From an uncultured Gemmatimonadales bacterium (lineage in GTDB: Bacteria > Gemmatimonadota > Gemmatimonadetes > Longimicrobiales > RSA9): 64,000 nucleotides of DNA. This document shows positions 9,824-19,382 of the stretch, piece after piece. Numbering within the stretch: the first letter of the stretch is position 1; every line of letters starts with the position of its first letter. The translations under genes were made by a program, and so were the position numbers. A model generated the notes under the pieces. It did no database searches. It saw only the letters and a list, made by a program, of their open reading frames with translations, and was not told the origin of the DNA. The stretch is from the NCBI GenBank assembly GCA_963816355.1, contig CAWFKH010000001.1, forward strand, positions 160,001-224,000, written 5' to 3'.

Positions 9824-10617
9824 TGTCCACCGCCGCGAACGAGCTGCTGCCCGAGCCGGTCCGCGCCGACGTCCGCGACCTGCTCCTCGTGCTCGCCGAC
9901 AGCAAGCGCGTCCTCGGCATGCGCTACGCCGGCTGGATCCTCGGCGCGCCGGAGCTGGAGGCGGGGATCGCGTTCGCCTCCATGGCGCAGGACGAGTGGG
10001 GCCACGCCCGCCAGCTCTACGCGCTGCTCCGCGACTTCGGCGAGGAGGCCGACCGGCTCGAGCACGGCCGCGAGGCGGAGGAGTACGTCAGCACCGAGGC
10101 GCTCGCCCGCGAGCCCGCGGACTGGCCCGCGGCCGTCGCCGTGAACGCGCTCGTCGATGTCGCGCTGACCGTGCAGTTCGAGGCGCTCGCTGACTGCTGC
10201 TACCCGCCCCTGCGGCAGCGCGTCGAGAAGCTCCTCGACGAGGAGCGCTTCCACTCCGCGCACGGCGCCGCGTGGGTGCGCCGCCTGGCGGGAGGCGGCG
10301 AGGCGGCGAGCGTCGCGATGAGGACCGCCGCCGCGTGCACGCTGCCCGCCGTGCTGCGGTGGTTCGGGCCGGACTCCGAGCGCGCCGCGCGGCTGCGCGA
10401 GCACGGCGTGGCCGACGCCGCCGGAAGCGAGCTGCGCGCGCGCTACCTGCGGCGCGTGGGCGCACTCCTGGAGACGCTGGGCCTCGTTGGCACGCCCCCC
10501 GCCCCGGATTTCGACGACTTCGACGAGGCGCGGCGACAGCCGCCGGGCGCCACGCCCGACGCCGCGACGGTCGCGCGCATCCGCGGCGACCGCAACCGCG
10601 TCTTCCTGATGGACTGA
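9823..10617 (+). CDS. PaaC-like ferritin-fold subunit
   Basis: TGATG coupling; LADSKRVLG, GAPELE, QDEWGHAR, EERFH. Confidence 0.8.
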   Translation: MSTAANELLPEPVRADVRDLLLVLADSKRVLGMRYAGWILGAPELEAGIAFASMAQDEWGHARQLYALLRDFGEEADRLEHGREAEEYVSTEALAREPADWPAAVAVNALVDVALTVQFEALADCCYPPLRQRVEKLLDEERFHSAHGAAWVRRLAGGGEAASVAMRTAAACTLPAVLRWFGPDSERAARLREHGVADAAGSELRARYLRRVGALLETLGLVGTPPAPDFDDFDEARRQPPGATPDAATVARIRGDRNRVFLMD

Positions 10618-10620
10618 CGC

Positions 10621-10875
10621 ATGGCGGACCGCAGCGAGGGCCACGCCGACTCCGCCGCCCGTCGCGCCGCCGACGACGCCGCCGCGGCGGCGCCGCGCAG
10701 GCAGCGCATCGGCCCTTCCGCCGCCGATTTCGGCCTGCCCGTCGCGCCGCAGTGCCCTTTCTGCGACGGCGCGCAAACCGAGCTGCACGCGCCGTTCGGG
10801 CCACAGCTCTCCGTGGCGACCTACTGGTGCCGCGCCTGCCATACCGCGTTCGAGTGGATCAAGTGGTCCCCGTGA
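10621..10875 (+). CDS. Stand-alone PaaD-type zinc-ribbon protein
   Basis: CPFC...FG...YWCRACHTAFEWIK matches the PaaD C-terminal zinc ribbon. Confidence 0.72.
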   Translation: MADRSEGHADSAARRAADDAAAAAPRRQRIGPSAADFGLPVAPQCPFCDGAQTELHAPFGPQLSVATYWCRACHTAFEWIKWSP

Positions 10876-11860
10876 TCTCCGCGACGAACCACGCGACAGT
10901 CTCCGGCAGGCCTTCCCTCAGCGGGCGCGGATCGTAGCCGATCTCGCGGCGCGACGTCTCCCAGGAGTGGAGCCAGCGCAGGCCGGCCGTGGTGTCGATG
11001 CTCTCGCGCGAGAGCGAGGATCTCCACCCGGTCAGACGCGCGAGGCGGTCCATGGTACGCGCGCCGAGCCGCGCCATGGACGTGGGAAGCCGCAGGCGCG
11101 GGAGCCGCTTCCCCGCGAGCGCCGCGATGCGGCTCGCGTATTCGTTCACCGTCGACGGCTCTCCCCCCAGCACGTACGTCTCGCCCACGCGGCCCGCCTC
11201 GCCGAGGCGGAGGAGGCCATCGGCGACGTCCTCGACGTGGACGTAGGAGAACGTGGCGGGATCGGCGAGCAGCCCGGGCAGGCGCCCCTTCAACAGGTCC
11301 CGGATGAAGCGGGCGCCCGGTCCGTGGTCGCCCGGGCCGTAGACGTAGGAGGGGCAAGCGATCACGAGCGGAAGGCCGGTCCCCTGCGCCTGCCGCGCGA
11401 GCTCGTGCGCGAGCGTCTTCGTGCGCTCGTAGGCGGAGCGGAACCGGCGGTCGCTCCGCGAGCCGGCGTCGCCGATCCCCTCGCCTACCGGGCCGAGTGC
11501 GACGGTGGTGGAGACGTAGACGGCGCGCGGCGTGCCGGCGTCCTCGAGCGCCGCGAGGACGGCGCGCGTGCCCTCGACGTTGGTGCGCTCGAGCGCGGCC
11601 GCATCGACGGCCGGGCCGAGGTCGTACAGCCCGGCGACGTGGTAGGCGAGGTCGACGTCATTCAGCGCGAGCGTGACGGTGTCGCGCTCGAGGAGGTCGC
11701 CGCGCACGATGTCGGCGCCGAGCGCCTCGAGTGCGGAGGCATCCGAGCCGGGACGGACGAGGCAGCGGAGCCGGTCGCCGCGCGCGGCGAGGCGGCGGGC
11801 GAGGCGCGAGCCGATGAAGCCGGTCGCGCCGGTCAGGAAAACGCCGCGCCGGTCGCTCAA
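10859..11860 (-). CDS. NAD-dependent epimerase/dehydratase (dihydroflavonol-reductase/HpnA-like)
   Basis: TGATGFIG, YERTK (YxxxK), VYGPGD; TTG start overlaps upstream stop. Confidence 0.85.
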   Translation of the reverse strand: MSDRRGVFLTGATGFIGSRLARRLAARGDRLRCLVRPGSDASALEALGADIVRGDLLERDTVTLALNDVDLAYHVAGLYDLGPAVDAAALERTNVEGTRAVLAALEDAGTPRAVYVSTTVALGPVGEGIGDAGSRSDRRFRSAYERTKTLAHELARQAQGTGLPLVIACPSYVYGPGDHGPGARFIRDLLKGRLPGLLADPATFSYVHVEDVADGLLRLGEAGRVGETYVLGGEPSTVNEYASRIAALAGKRLPRLRLPTSMARLGARTMDRLARLTGWRSSLSRESIDTTAGLRWLHSWETSRREIGYDPRPLREGLPETVAWFVAEITGTT

Positions 11861-12189
11861 TCGGGGGCGGCGTACCAGCCGATCTCGATCGGGCGGTCGT
11901 CGCCGAGGCCGTCTTCGGCCGAAACGACGACGTCGAGCTCGCCGAAGGTGTCGAGGCGCTCCTGGGTGGGACGCCCGCCCGTGGTCGCGAAATCGCGGAT
12001 GGTGACGACGCGCTCGTCGCCGTCGGGCGCGATGACGCGGAGGGGGCGGCCTTTCCTGAGGGCGGACATCCGGGGGCTGCCCTCGACCACCTTGAGGCGG
12101 AGGAGCATGCCGCGCAGGGGTACCGCGACGGCGTCCGAGACGCGGAATCGCGGGCGGTCGCCCGCGTCGTTCTGGCTGGCTGCTGCCAT
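11857..12189 (-). CDS. Hypothetical protein (110 aa, beta-rich)
   Basis: GGAGA RBS before MAAASQ; translationally coupled to the epimerase. Confidence 0.6.
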   Translation of the reverse strand: MAAASQNDAGDRPRFRVSDAVAVPLRGMLLRLKVVEGSPRMSALRKGRPLRVIAPDGDERVVTIRDFATTGGRPTQERLDTFGELDVVVSAEDGLGDDRPIEIGWYAAPD

Positions 12190-12324
12190 GGGTCTCCGGT
12201 TGAGGCTGGGGTCCGGAGCGAGCCGGGTGGATGCGTAGCGGCGCAGCGTACCATATCCTTGGGCGAGCGTCAATCGTGGTCCGGCCCGTGTCGGCCGGCG
12301 AACTCGATCCCCGAAAGAGAATCG

Positions 12325-13803
12325 ATGGCGACGGATCCGCTGGGAATGGAGCCGGAGCGTATGCGGAAGCTGGGCTACCGCGTGGTGGACCGGCTGGTGG
12401 AGCGCTTGGCCGGGCTCGGCGACGAACCGACGTGGCGCTGGCGCGGCCGCAAGGCGTTGGCGGCGGACCTCCACGCGGCGCTCGGGGCGGGCCCTCCCGC
12501 TCGGGCGACCGACCCGGACGCGCTCCTGGATCTGCTCTTCGAGCGCGTCATGCCCTACGCGTCGCGCGTCGATCACCCCCGCTTCTTCGGCTACGTCCCC
12601 GGCTCGCCGACGTGGCCCGGAATCCTCGGCGACGCGCTCGCCGCCGGCTACAACGTCTTCGCCGGCACGTCGCAGGCCTCCTCCGGGCCGGGCACGCTCG
12701 AGCTCGAGGTGCTCGACTGGTTCCGCGAGTGGATCGGCTATCCGGCGACCGCGGAAGGCCTCCTCACCACCGGCGGCTCCGCCGCGAACCTCGGCGCGCT
12801 CGTCTGCGCCCGCGAGGCGCACGTCGCGCGGGACGGTGACGACGCGGCAGCCGAGCGCTTCGTCCTCTACGCCTCCGACCAGACGCACTCGTCCCTGATC
12901 CGCGCGGCCCGTATCGTGGGCGTGCCGGCGGCGCGCATGCGCACGGTCCCCACGAACGAAGGCCTGCGGCTGGACGTCGGAGCGCTGCAGGCCGCCGTGG
13001 AGGCGGACGCGGCGCGCGGGCTGCGGCCGTGGCTCGTCGCCGCGAACGGCGGCACGACGAGCACCGGCGCGGTCGATCCGCTGCCGGAGCTGGTCCCGCT
13101 CTGCGCCCGCCTGGGTCTGTGGCTTCACGTGGACGCGGCGTACGGCGGCTTCGCGGTCCTCACGGCCCGCGGCCGCGAGGCGCTCCGCGGCATCGAGCGC
13201 GCCGACTCCGTCGTGCTCGACCCGCACAAATGGCTCTACCAGCCGTTCGAGACCGGCTGCCTGCTGGTGCGCGAAGGGCGGCTCCTCTCGGATGCGTTCC
13301 ACATCATGCCGGACTACCTGCAGGACACCGCGGTCTCCGGTGGCGAGGTGAACTTCGCCGACCGCGGTCTGCAGCTCACCCGCATGGCGCGCGGCATCAA
13401 GGTGTGGCTGTCGCTGCACACGTTCGGTGTGCCCGCCTTCGCGGAGGCCGTCGAGCGCTCCCTCGACCTCGCGGCCCACGCCGCCGCGTGCATCGAGGCG
13501 CGTCCCGAGCTCGAGATGCTCTCGCCGCAGCAGCTCGGCATCGTCTGCTTCCGCCGCCATCCGGCCGGCACGGACGACGAGGCCGAGCTCGAGCGCATCA
13601 ACGCGGCGCTGGTCCGCGGCCTCGCCGCGAGCGGCCTCGGTCTGGTGTCCTCTACGCGCCTGCGCGGGCGCTACGCGCTGCGCGTGTGCGCCCTCAACCA
13701 CGGCTCGACCCGTGAGGATGTCGAGCGCGTGATCGCATGGCTCGCCGAAGCGGCGTTGGATGAGGGCGAAAACGGCCGCAACGCGCACGAGGCCGCGGGG
13801 TAG
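12325..13803 (+). CDS. PLP-dependent group II (aromatic-L-amino-acid-type) decarboxylase
   Basis: HPRFFGYVP, GGSAANL, HSS, GTTSTGAVDPL, HVDAAYGG, DPHKW. Confidence 0.9.
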   Translation: MATDPLGMEPERMRKLGYRVVDRLVERLAGLGDEPTWRWRGRKALAADLHAALGAGPPARATDPDALLDLLFERVMPYASRVDHPRFFGYVPGSPTWPGILGDALAAGYNVFAGTSQASSGPGTLELEVLDWFREWIGYPATAEGLLTTGGSAANLGALVCAREAHVARDGDDAAAERFVLYASDQTHSSLIRAARIVGVPAARMRTVPTNEGLRLDVGALQAAVEADAARGLRPWLVAANGGTTSTGAVDPLPELVPLCARLGLWLHVDAAYGGFAVLTARGREALRGIERADSVVLDPHKWLYQPFETGCLLVREGRLLSDAFHIMPDYLQDTAVSGGEVNFADRGLQLTRMARGIKVWLSLHTFGVPAFAEAVERSLDLAAHAAACIEARPELEMLSPQQLGIVCFRRHPAGTDDEAELERINAALVRGLAASGLGLVSSTRLRGRYALRVCALNHGSTREDVERVIAWLAEAALDEGENGRNAHEAAG

Positions 13804-13843
13804 TCAGTCGCGACGGGTCTCACGACAGCGAGGACGAACGGCG

Positions 13844-14122
13844 ATGGCGGAAGTGAGTTGTTCCCGGTGCGGCAAGACCGCGCCCGGCCTGGAGCGGGCG
13901 CCGCTCCGCAACGAGCTGGGCGAGCGGGTGCTGCAGTCGATCTGCGCCGCCTGCTGGGGCGAGTGGCTGCGCTACCAGACGGCCTTGATCAACCACCACG
14001 GGCTCGACGTGCGCGAGAAGGAAGCGCGCCAGTTCCTCACCACGAACATGGAGGCGTACCTCTTCCGCACCGGCGAGGCGCAGTCGATCGACACCTCGAA
14101 GCAGGGCGACATCAGCTGGTGA
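13844..14122 (+). CDS. Fe(II)-trafficking / oxidative damage protection protein (YggX family)
   Basis: GERVLQSICAACWGEWLRYQTALINHHGLD, ARQFL...MEAYLF. Confidence 0.85.
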   Translation: MAEVSCSRCGKTAPGLERAPLRNELGERVLQSICAACWGEWLRYQTALINHHGLDVREKEARQFLTTNMEAYLFRTGEAQSIDTSKQGDISW

Positions 14123-14624
14123 CCGTCGCGCCCGCCTCCTCCTCCTCGAACCGCTCCTCCCACCCGAGCGACGCGGCGACCAGCAGCGCGCCGAGCGTGA
14201 TCGAGACATCCGCCACGTTGAAGATCGGAAAGAGGAAGACGCCCAGATCGATCGGGCCGATGAAGTCGACGACGCCGCGCGTCCAGCGCACCCGGTCCAC
14301 GAGGTTGCCCGCCGCGCCGCCGGCGACCAGCGCGATGCCCGCGAGGCGGTACGGATCTCCCGGTCGCGCGCGGATGTAGAGCCAGCCGAGACCCACGAGC
14401 ACGCCCGCGCTCATCACCAGCAGCGCGCCGCCCCCGATGCCGCCCAGCTGGATGCCGAACGCGATGCCGGTGTTGAACGCGAGCGTGAGCGGAACGACGC
14501 CGTGCAGCATGTGCAGGGTCTCCCCCGGCACCAGCCCCTGCAGCGCCCATCGCTTCGTGACGATGTCGATGAAAAAGGTGGCGAGCGCCAACGTGACCGT
14601 CCGCACGTGTCGTCCTAACGGCAT
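14112..14624 (-). CDS. lspA: Signal peptidase II
   Basis: DIVTK, NTGIAFG, GGAAGNLVDR, VVDFI, IFNVAD. Confidence 0.92.
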   Translation of the reverse strand: MPLGRHVRTVTLALATFFIDIVTKRWALQGLVPGETLHMLHGVVPLTLAFNTGIAFGIQLGGIGGGALLVMSAGVLVGLGWLYIRARPGDPYRLAGIALVAGGAAGNLVDRVRWTRGVVDFIGPIDLGVFLFPIFNVADVSITLGALLVAASLGWEERFEEEEAGATVTS

Positions 14625-14771
14625 TGTCCCCTCGCGTCGATGGGCCGGTCTCGAAGATACACCGGCCGGGTCGGCCATGCTCCACGCGCTCCCGCGGCTG
14701 CGCACGCGCCATGCATGGATCGCCCGGTGCGGTGGCCGGCATGGCACTCCATTCGACCCGACGAGAGGACG

Positions 14772-15617
14772 ATGAGCGGCGAACACCCTACGTTCGTGGA
14801 GATCCACAACCACCTGCTGCCCGGCGTGGACGACGGCTCGCGCTCTCTGGAGGAGTCGCTGCGCCACCTCCGCTCGCTCTTCGACGACGGCGTCCGCCGC
14901 CTCGCCTTCTCTCCCCACCTCTTCGGCTGGATCGCCGGCGAGCATGGCGGGGTCGACGGGCGCATCTCGGAACTGCGTCGCGCGTTCGAGCAGGTGCGCC
15001 GCGCCGTTTGCGACGAGAGCGGCGTGCCCGCCCTGACACTCGGACAGGAGGTGCTCCTGCGGTCCGCCGCGCTCGCGCGGCGCGTGGCCCGCGCTCCCGA
15101 CGTCGGCTACGCCGGCACCGCCTATGTCCTCCTCGAGTTCGGCTTCGACCTGCCGACCGACTGCGTCGCGATCGTGCGCGAAGTGCTCGACGCCGGCCGC
15201 CGGCCGATCGTCGCGCATCCCGAGCGCTACCGGCGCGACGGCGAGCGTGTCGACGTCGACGAGGTCGCGGCGTGGAAGGAGGCGGGCGCCCTCCTGCAGG
15301 TCAACGCAGGCAGCCTCGCGGGCAAATACGCGCCGGACATCGAGCGCCTCGCCTGGCGCCTCGTCCACCACGGCCTCGCCGACATCGTGGGCTCGGACAA
15401 TCACGCCGACTCGCGGCCGCAGTCGCCGCTCGAAGCACACCGGCTGCTTCACTCCGCCGCCGGCGAGAGCCTCGCTCGCTTGCTGCTTCATGAGAACCCC
15501 GGGCGGGTCCTCGACGACCTCGATCCGCGCCCCGTCCCCGCCGCGCCGGACGCGATCCCGGCGCGCGCCGCGGCGACGGACGAGGAGCGGCGACGGCGCG
15601 CCACGGCCAGAGGTTAG
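14772..15617 (+). CDS. CpsB/CapC-family PHP tyrosine-protein phosphatase
   Basis: HNHLLPGVDDGS, SPH, AHPERY, LQVNAGSL, GSDNH. Confidence 0.88.
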   Translation: MSGEHPTFVEIHNHLLPGVDDGSRSLEESLRHLRSLFDDGVRRLAFSPHLFGWIAGEHGGVDGRISELRRAFEQVRRAVCDESGVPALTLGQEVLLRSAALARRVARAPDVGYAGTAYVLLEFGFDLPTDCVAIVREVLDAGRRPIVAHPERYRRDGERVDVDEVAAWKEAGALLQVNAGSLAGKYAPDIERLAWRLVHHGLADIVGSDNHADSRPQSPLEAHRLLHSAAGESLARLLLHENPGRVLDDLDPRPVPAAPDAIPARAAATDEERRRRATARG

Positions 15618-15819
15618 GCCGCCTCTCGATCGCACGGCCGGCCCCGGTGCCGGATCCCCCCGCGCCGCTGGGTATGGCGGTGCCGCCCACTTGCGCGCAA
15701 TAATGTCGTCGCGGACTGCTCTCCCGCCGACGCCGCCGGCCGTACGGTGGCCGACCTCCTTCAGCCGATGCCGGCCCACGCGCCGTCGCGCGCCCCGACC
15801 CAACGCCATGGAGGCGATG

Positions 15820-16272
15820 ATGAGGTCCCGGAGTTGGATGCCGTTCGTACTGTCACTCGCGCTCGCCGGCTGCGGCGGCGCCCCCGGCGACGCCGATGAT
15901 TCGGGTGTGCAGGCGGACTCGGTCGCCATGGCCCGCGCCGCGCTCACGCCGGCCACCTTCGATACGATAAGCTGGAAGACGCCCCAGGAGGCGGACGACC
16001 GCGGCGCCACCGTCTTCGCCTACAGTTGCCGCAAGTGTCACGGCGTGGGCGGCCGTGGCGACGGCGGCTTCGTGCTCCGCGGCGACACGCTCCGCCCGCC
16101 GTCCTTCCTCGCCCCTGACTGGCGCTTCGCGACCGACCGGCAGGGGCTGCGCGCCTACATTTTCGCCGGCAACACGAAGGGCATGCCGCACTGGGGCCTG
16201 GTCGGGCTCAAGCCGCGCGACGTCGACGCCGTCGCTGCCTACATCCAGGACGTGCTGCGACAGGGAAGCTGA
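15820..16272 (+). CDS. Monoheme cytochrome c lipoprotein
   Basis: Lipobox LAGC; CRKCH heme motif; distal GMPHW; start could be 15808, 15817 or 15820. Confidence 0.85.
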   Translation: MRSRSWMPFVLSLALAGCGGAPGDADDSGVQADSVAMARAALTPATFDTISWKTPQEADDRGATVFAYSCRKCHGVGGRGDGGFVLRGDTLRPPSFLAPDWRFATDRQGLRAYIFAGNTKGMPHWGLVGLKPRDVDAVAAYIQDVLRQGS

Positions 16273-16371
16273 GCGGCCGCGCGCCGCTTCTTCCCACGTT
16301 TCGATTGTTCGGCGGACGGCCCTCGGGCGAGGGACGTCCGGGCAGGGTTCCCCCCTTCCAGCGAGGTACAC

Positions 16372-16926
16372 ATGCGCTTCTCCCCGAGCGTTATGACCGC
16401 GGCTCTCACACTCCCGCTCGTCTTCGTCGCGTGCCAGCCGCAGCCGGCGGATCAGATGGCCGGCACCGACTCGACTGCGGCGGCGATGCCGGCGAACGAC
16501 GCCGACGCGACCGCGGCGATCGACAGCCTCCGCAGCATGGTGCAGAGGGCCTACAATCAGGGCGATCGAGCGCTGCTCGCGAGCGCGTACGCGGACGACG
16601 CGATCGAGATCGGCCCCGATGGCAGCATCGCCCACGGCGGCCAGGCGATGGCCGACGCCGCCATGGCGGACACCACGATGCGCGTAAGCGACCTCAAGAT
16701 CTCACCCGACGAAGGCGGTACGACGGTCGTCGGCGACGTCGCCTACGAGAGCGGCACGTTCACGGAGACGGTCACGCCGGCCGCGGCGGGAGCCAAGCCG
16801 ATGCAGGTGAGCGGCCGCTATCTGGTGGTCCTGCGCCGGCAGCCCGACGGGAGCTGGAAGATCGCGCGGGACGCGGACGTGATGAGCGCCCCGCCCGCGG
16901 GCGCCAGCGGATCCGGCAGCGACTGA
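16372..16926 (+). CDS. DUF4440/SnoaL (NTF2-like) lipoprotein
   Basis: Lipobox FVAC; YADDA, GDVAYESG, GRYLVVLRRQPDGSWKI. Confidence 0.8.
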   Translation: MRFSPSVMTAALTLPLVFVACQPQPADQMAGTDSTAAAMPANDADATAAIDSLRSMVQRAYNQGDRALLASAYADDAIEIGPDGSIAHGGQAMADAAMADTTMRVSDLKISPDEGGTTVVGDVAYESGTFTETVTPAAAGAKPMQVSGRYLVVLRRQPDGSWKIARDADVMSAPPAGASGSGSD

Positions 16927-16930
16927 CGCC

Positions 16931-17185
16931 TCAAGGCAGCTCCTCGACGCCGGTCGCGACCGCGCCGGCGTCGGGGACCCCCCGGTAGCGGACGCGCAGC
17001 CGGACGGCGCCGTCCCGCCAGCGCTCGAGTTGCGCCGTGCTCGCCCGCCGCTTCCCCACCGTGAAGAGATAGCCGCGCCCGACCTCGTCCACGACGCGGA
17101 TCCGGTCCTCCTGCACGATCGTGATGCGGCCGCTCACCACGGCCTCGCCCTCGCCGTCCATGCCTCTCTCGCCCTCGCCGCTCAT
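16931..17185 (-). CDS. Hypothetical small protein, last gene of the formate dehydrogenase operon
   Basis: ATGA overlap with the nrfD-like stop; GRITIVQEDRIRVVDE...LRVRYRG. Confidence 0.6.
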   Translation of the reverse strand: MSGEGERGMDGEGEAVVSGRITIVQEDRIRVVDEVGRGYLFTVGKRRASTAQLERWRDGAVRLRVRYRGVPDAGAVATGVEELP

Positions 17186-17240
17186 GCTTCCCACCCTTCG
17201 CCGTCCATGCTTACCACGCCCTCGCCGCTCACGCTTCCCC
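17147..17240. repeat. Imperfect 47-bp direct duplication (four ~23-24 bp units) spanning the nrfD/small ORF junction
   Basis: 17147-17193 versus 17194-17240, core CC(C/T)TCGCCG...CA(T/C)GC. Confidence 0.7.
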
Positions 17241-18300
17241 GCTCCTCGTCCAGACGGGCGTTCACCCACGTGTCCGCCGGCGTGTCCGCCGATCGGCGCC
17301 CCTCGTGCGTGATCAGCAGCCGCATTGCAAGGCTTCCCGCGACCGCGAGCCCGGCGGCGAGCAGGGTGCCACGCGAGCGACGTCGCCCACGGCCGAACCC
17401 CTCGACGGCCCGGACGGCGAGCGGCGCGGCGACCCCGGCGGCGAAGGTGAGCCAGCGCGCCGCGCGCAGGGTGGGCGGCTCGTGCCGGGCGGATGGCAGG
17501 GCGCTCCTGGCACGCGCGCGGTCGGCGATGGCGAGGCCCAGCTCCGCCGAGAGCGCGATCGCCTCGGCGCGCGCCAGGCGGCGCTCCGCCTTGCCCGCGG
17601 CCTCGCCGCCCGCGCGCACGGCGCCCGACACGGCGGAGAGACCGCTCGATACCGCGGAGGCGACGAAGAGCGGGGAGAGCAGCGAAGCGCGCCGGTTCCA
17701 CGTCGGAACGCTCGTCGAGGAGAGCAGCACTCCGGTGTAGCTGCCGACGAAGAGGCCGAGCGGGACGCCGGCCACGTGCAGCAGCCGCCCCACCACGCCG
17801 CGCGACCAGCCAGCGAACGGCCAAACTCCGCCATCCTCGGCGAGCTGGAGCGCCGCGCCCGTGCCCGCGACGCCGCCGAACGCGGCGAGACCCCAGGCCC
17901 CGAGACTCATCGCGGAGCTCGGGCGGATCACGCGCAGCATGTTCAGGAAACGCTCCGGCCTGCCGAGATCCGCCACGAGCAACGCGGAACCGAGCGCCGT
18001 GCTCCCGGCGCTGATGTAGCGCGCCGCGCGGACGACGTCCCGATCGCCGCTGCCGGCCACGTCCTCGAGCGCCGCCGCCAGCCACGCCCCGCCCGCGATG
18101 CCGCCGAGCCAGAAGTAGACCGGGATGTACTGCATTTCCCACGGCGGCTTGCTGACGGGCGGGACGCCGCTCGGCGAACGGTCGCGGTCGAGCCCGCCAC
18201 GTGAGCGCCGGCGGCGGGCGACGGCGCCGCCGACCTCGGTGCCCGCGCCGCCGACCTCGGTGCCCGCGCCGCCGACCTCGGTGCCCTCGCCGGCCGTCAC
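17182..18300 (-). CDS. NrfD/PsrC-family membrane anchor subunit
   Basis: PPW, IPVYFWLGGIAGG, DLGRPERFLNML, SAMSLGAW, YTGVLL...VPTW; GTG start overlaps upstream stop. Confidence 0.85.
   Translation of the reverse strand: MTAGEGTEVGGAGTEVGGAGTEVGGAVARRRRSRGGLDRDRSPSGVPPVSKPPWEMQYIPVYFWLGGIAGGAWLAAALEDVAGSGDRDVVRAARYISAGSTALGSALLVADLGRPERFLNMLRVIRPSSAMSLGAWGLAAFGGVAGTGAALQLAEDGGVWPFAGWSRGVVGRLLHVAGVPLGLFVGSYTGVLLSSTSVPTWNRRASLLSPLFVASAVSSGLSAVSGAVRAGGEAAGKAERRLARAEAIALSAELGLAIADRARARSALPSARHEPPTLRAARWLTFAAGVAAPLAVRAVEGFGRGRRRSRGTLLAAGLAVAGSLAMRLLITHEGRRSADTPADTWVNARLDEERGSVSGEGVVSMDGEGWEA
18224..18286. repeat. 3 x 21-bp perfect tandem repeat in the nrfD 5' end (GTEVGGA)
   Basis: GCGCCGCCGACCTCGGTGCCC x3. 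Confidence 0.9.
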
Positions 18301-19370
18301 GACCGCTCTCCGCTGAGGTACGCCAGCGCGCCCGCCACGCCGAGCGCCGCGGCGGTGAGCAGGCCGCGGGCGAGGCCCGGGGCCGTGCTCTCGGAGGGCC
18401 GCTTCGGCGACGGAGGGAGGTTGTAGACCTCCGGCCGATCGATCAGGAGGAAGAACGAGTTGAGGCCGCCGAGTGCGCTCGTGTCGCACTGGTCCTCGAG
18501 CGGTCCGCCGGAGCCGTAGAGGTAGGCCGGCACGCCGCGCGAGCGCAGATGGCGGACGCGCTCGTGCGCCGTCTGCAGCAGATCCTCGATGCGGCCGAAG
18601 CGGATCGAGTCGGTGGGGCAGCTCTTCGCGCACGCCGGCTCCAGCCCGTCCTTCATGCGGTCGTAGCAGAGCGTGCACTTGTGCGCTTTGCCATCGCCTT
18701 CGCGGTCGATGGCGACGACGCCGAACGGACACGCCGGGACGCAGTAGCCGCACCCGTTGCATACGTCCTGCTGCACGTAGACCGTGTCGAACTCGGTCCG
18801 GATCAGCGAGCCGGTCGGGCACGCCTCCAGACACGGCGCGTGCACGCAGTGCTTGCACACGTCCGACATGAAGATCCACCGGTTGCCCGGCTGCGCCCAC
18901 TGCTCGCTCGTCGTCAGATTGCCCCACGGCTCGAACGCGGCCGGCAGGTTCGCCGCCGCCGCCATCGCCGCCGCCCCACCCTCGCCCGCGTCTGCACCCC
19001 CCGCCGTCGCGCCGCTCGGAGAACTCGCGCCGCTCGGAGAACTCGCGCCGCCCGGAGAAGCCGCGTCGCCCGGTGCCAGCACCGCTTCCGGCACCGTCAC
19101 CTCGGGCACGCCAGCGAAGCGATCGCGGTCGAACTGCTCGATGAAGTAGACGTGGCGCCACGTGCTCGCGCCGAGCCCGCCGGTGTTGTCGTACGAATGC
19201 CCGGAGAGCGCGAAGCCGTCCGCCGGCAGCTGGTTCCACTGCTTGCACGCCACCTCGCACGCCTTGCACCCAATGCAGAGCGTCGTATCGGTGAAGAACC
19301 CGTACGCCACCCCCGCCTCGATCGTCGTCCCCGCCGTCCGCTCCGCCTCGTCCCGCCACCGCTCTTCCAT
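18297..19370 (-). CDS. Formate dehydrogenase iron-sulfur (beta) subunit, 4 x [4Fe-4S], with C-terminal TM segment
   Basis: AGGAGG RBS; CIGCKACEVACK, CKHC..APCLEACP, CNGCGYCVPACP, CTLC..PACAKSCP. Confidence 0.9.
   Translation of the reverse strand: MEERWRDEAERTAGTTIEAGVAYGFFTDTTLCIGCKACEVACKQWNQLPADGFALSGHSYDNTGGLGASTWRHVYFIEQFDRDRFAGVPEVTVPEAVLAPGDAASPGGASSPSGASSPSGATAGGADAGEGGAAAMAAAANLPAAFEPWGNLTTSEQWAQPGNRWIFMSDVCKHCVHAPCLEACPTGSLIRTEFDTVYVQQDVCNGCGYCVPACPFGVVAIDREGDGKAHKCTLCYDRMKDGLEPACAKSCPTDSIRFGRIEDLLQTAHERVRHLRSRGVPAYLYGSGGPLEDQCDTSALGGLNSFFLLIDRPEVYNLPPSPKRPSESTAPGLARGLLTAAALGVAGALAYLSGERS
19011..19064. repeat. 3 x 18-bp in-frame tandem repeat within the FDH beta subunit
   Basis: GCCGCTCGGAGAACTCGC x2 plus one degenerate copy. 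Confidence 0.8.
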
Positions 19371-19382
19371 GCACCCTCCTGC

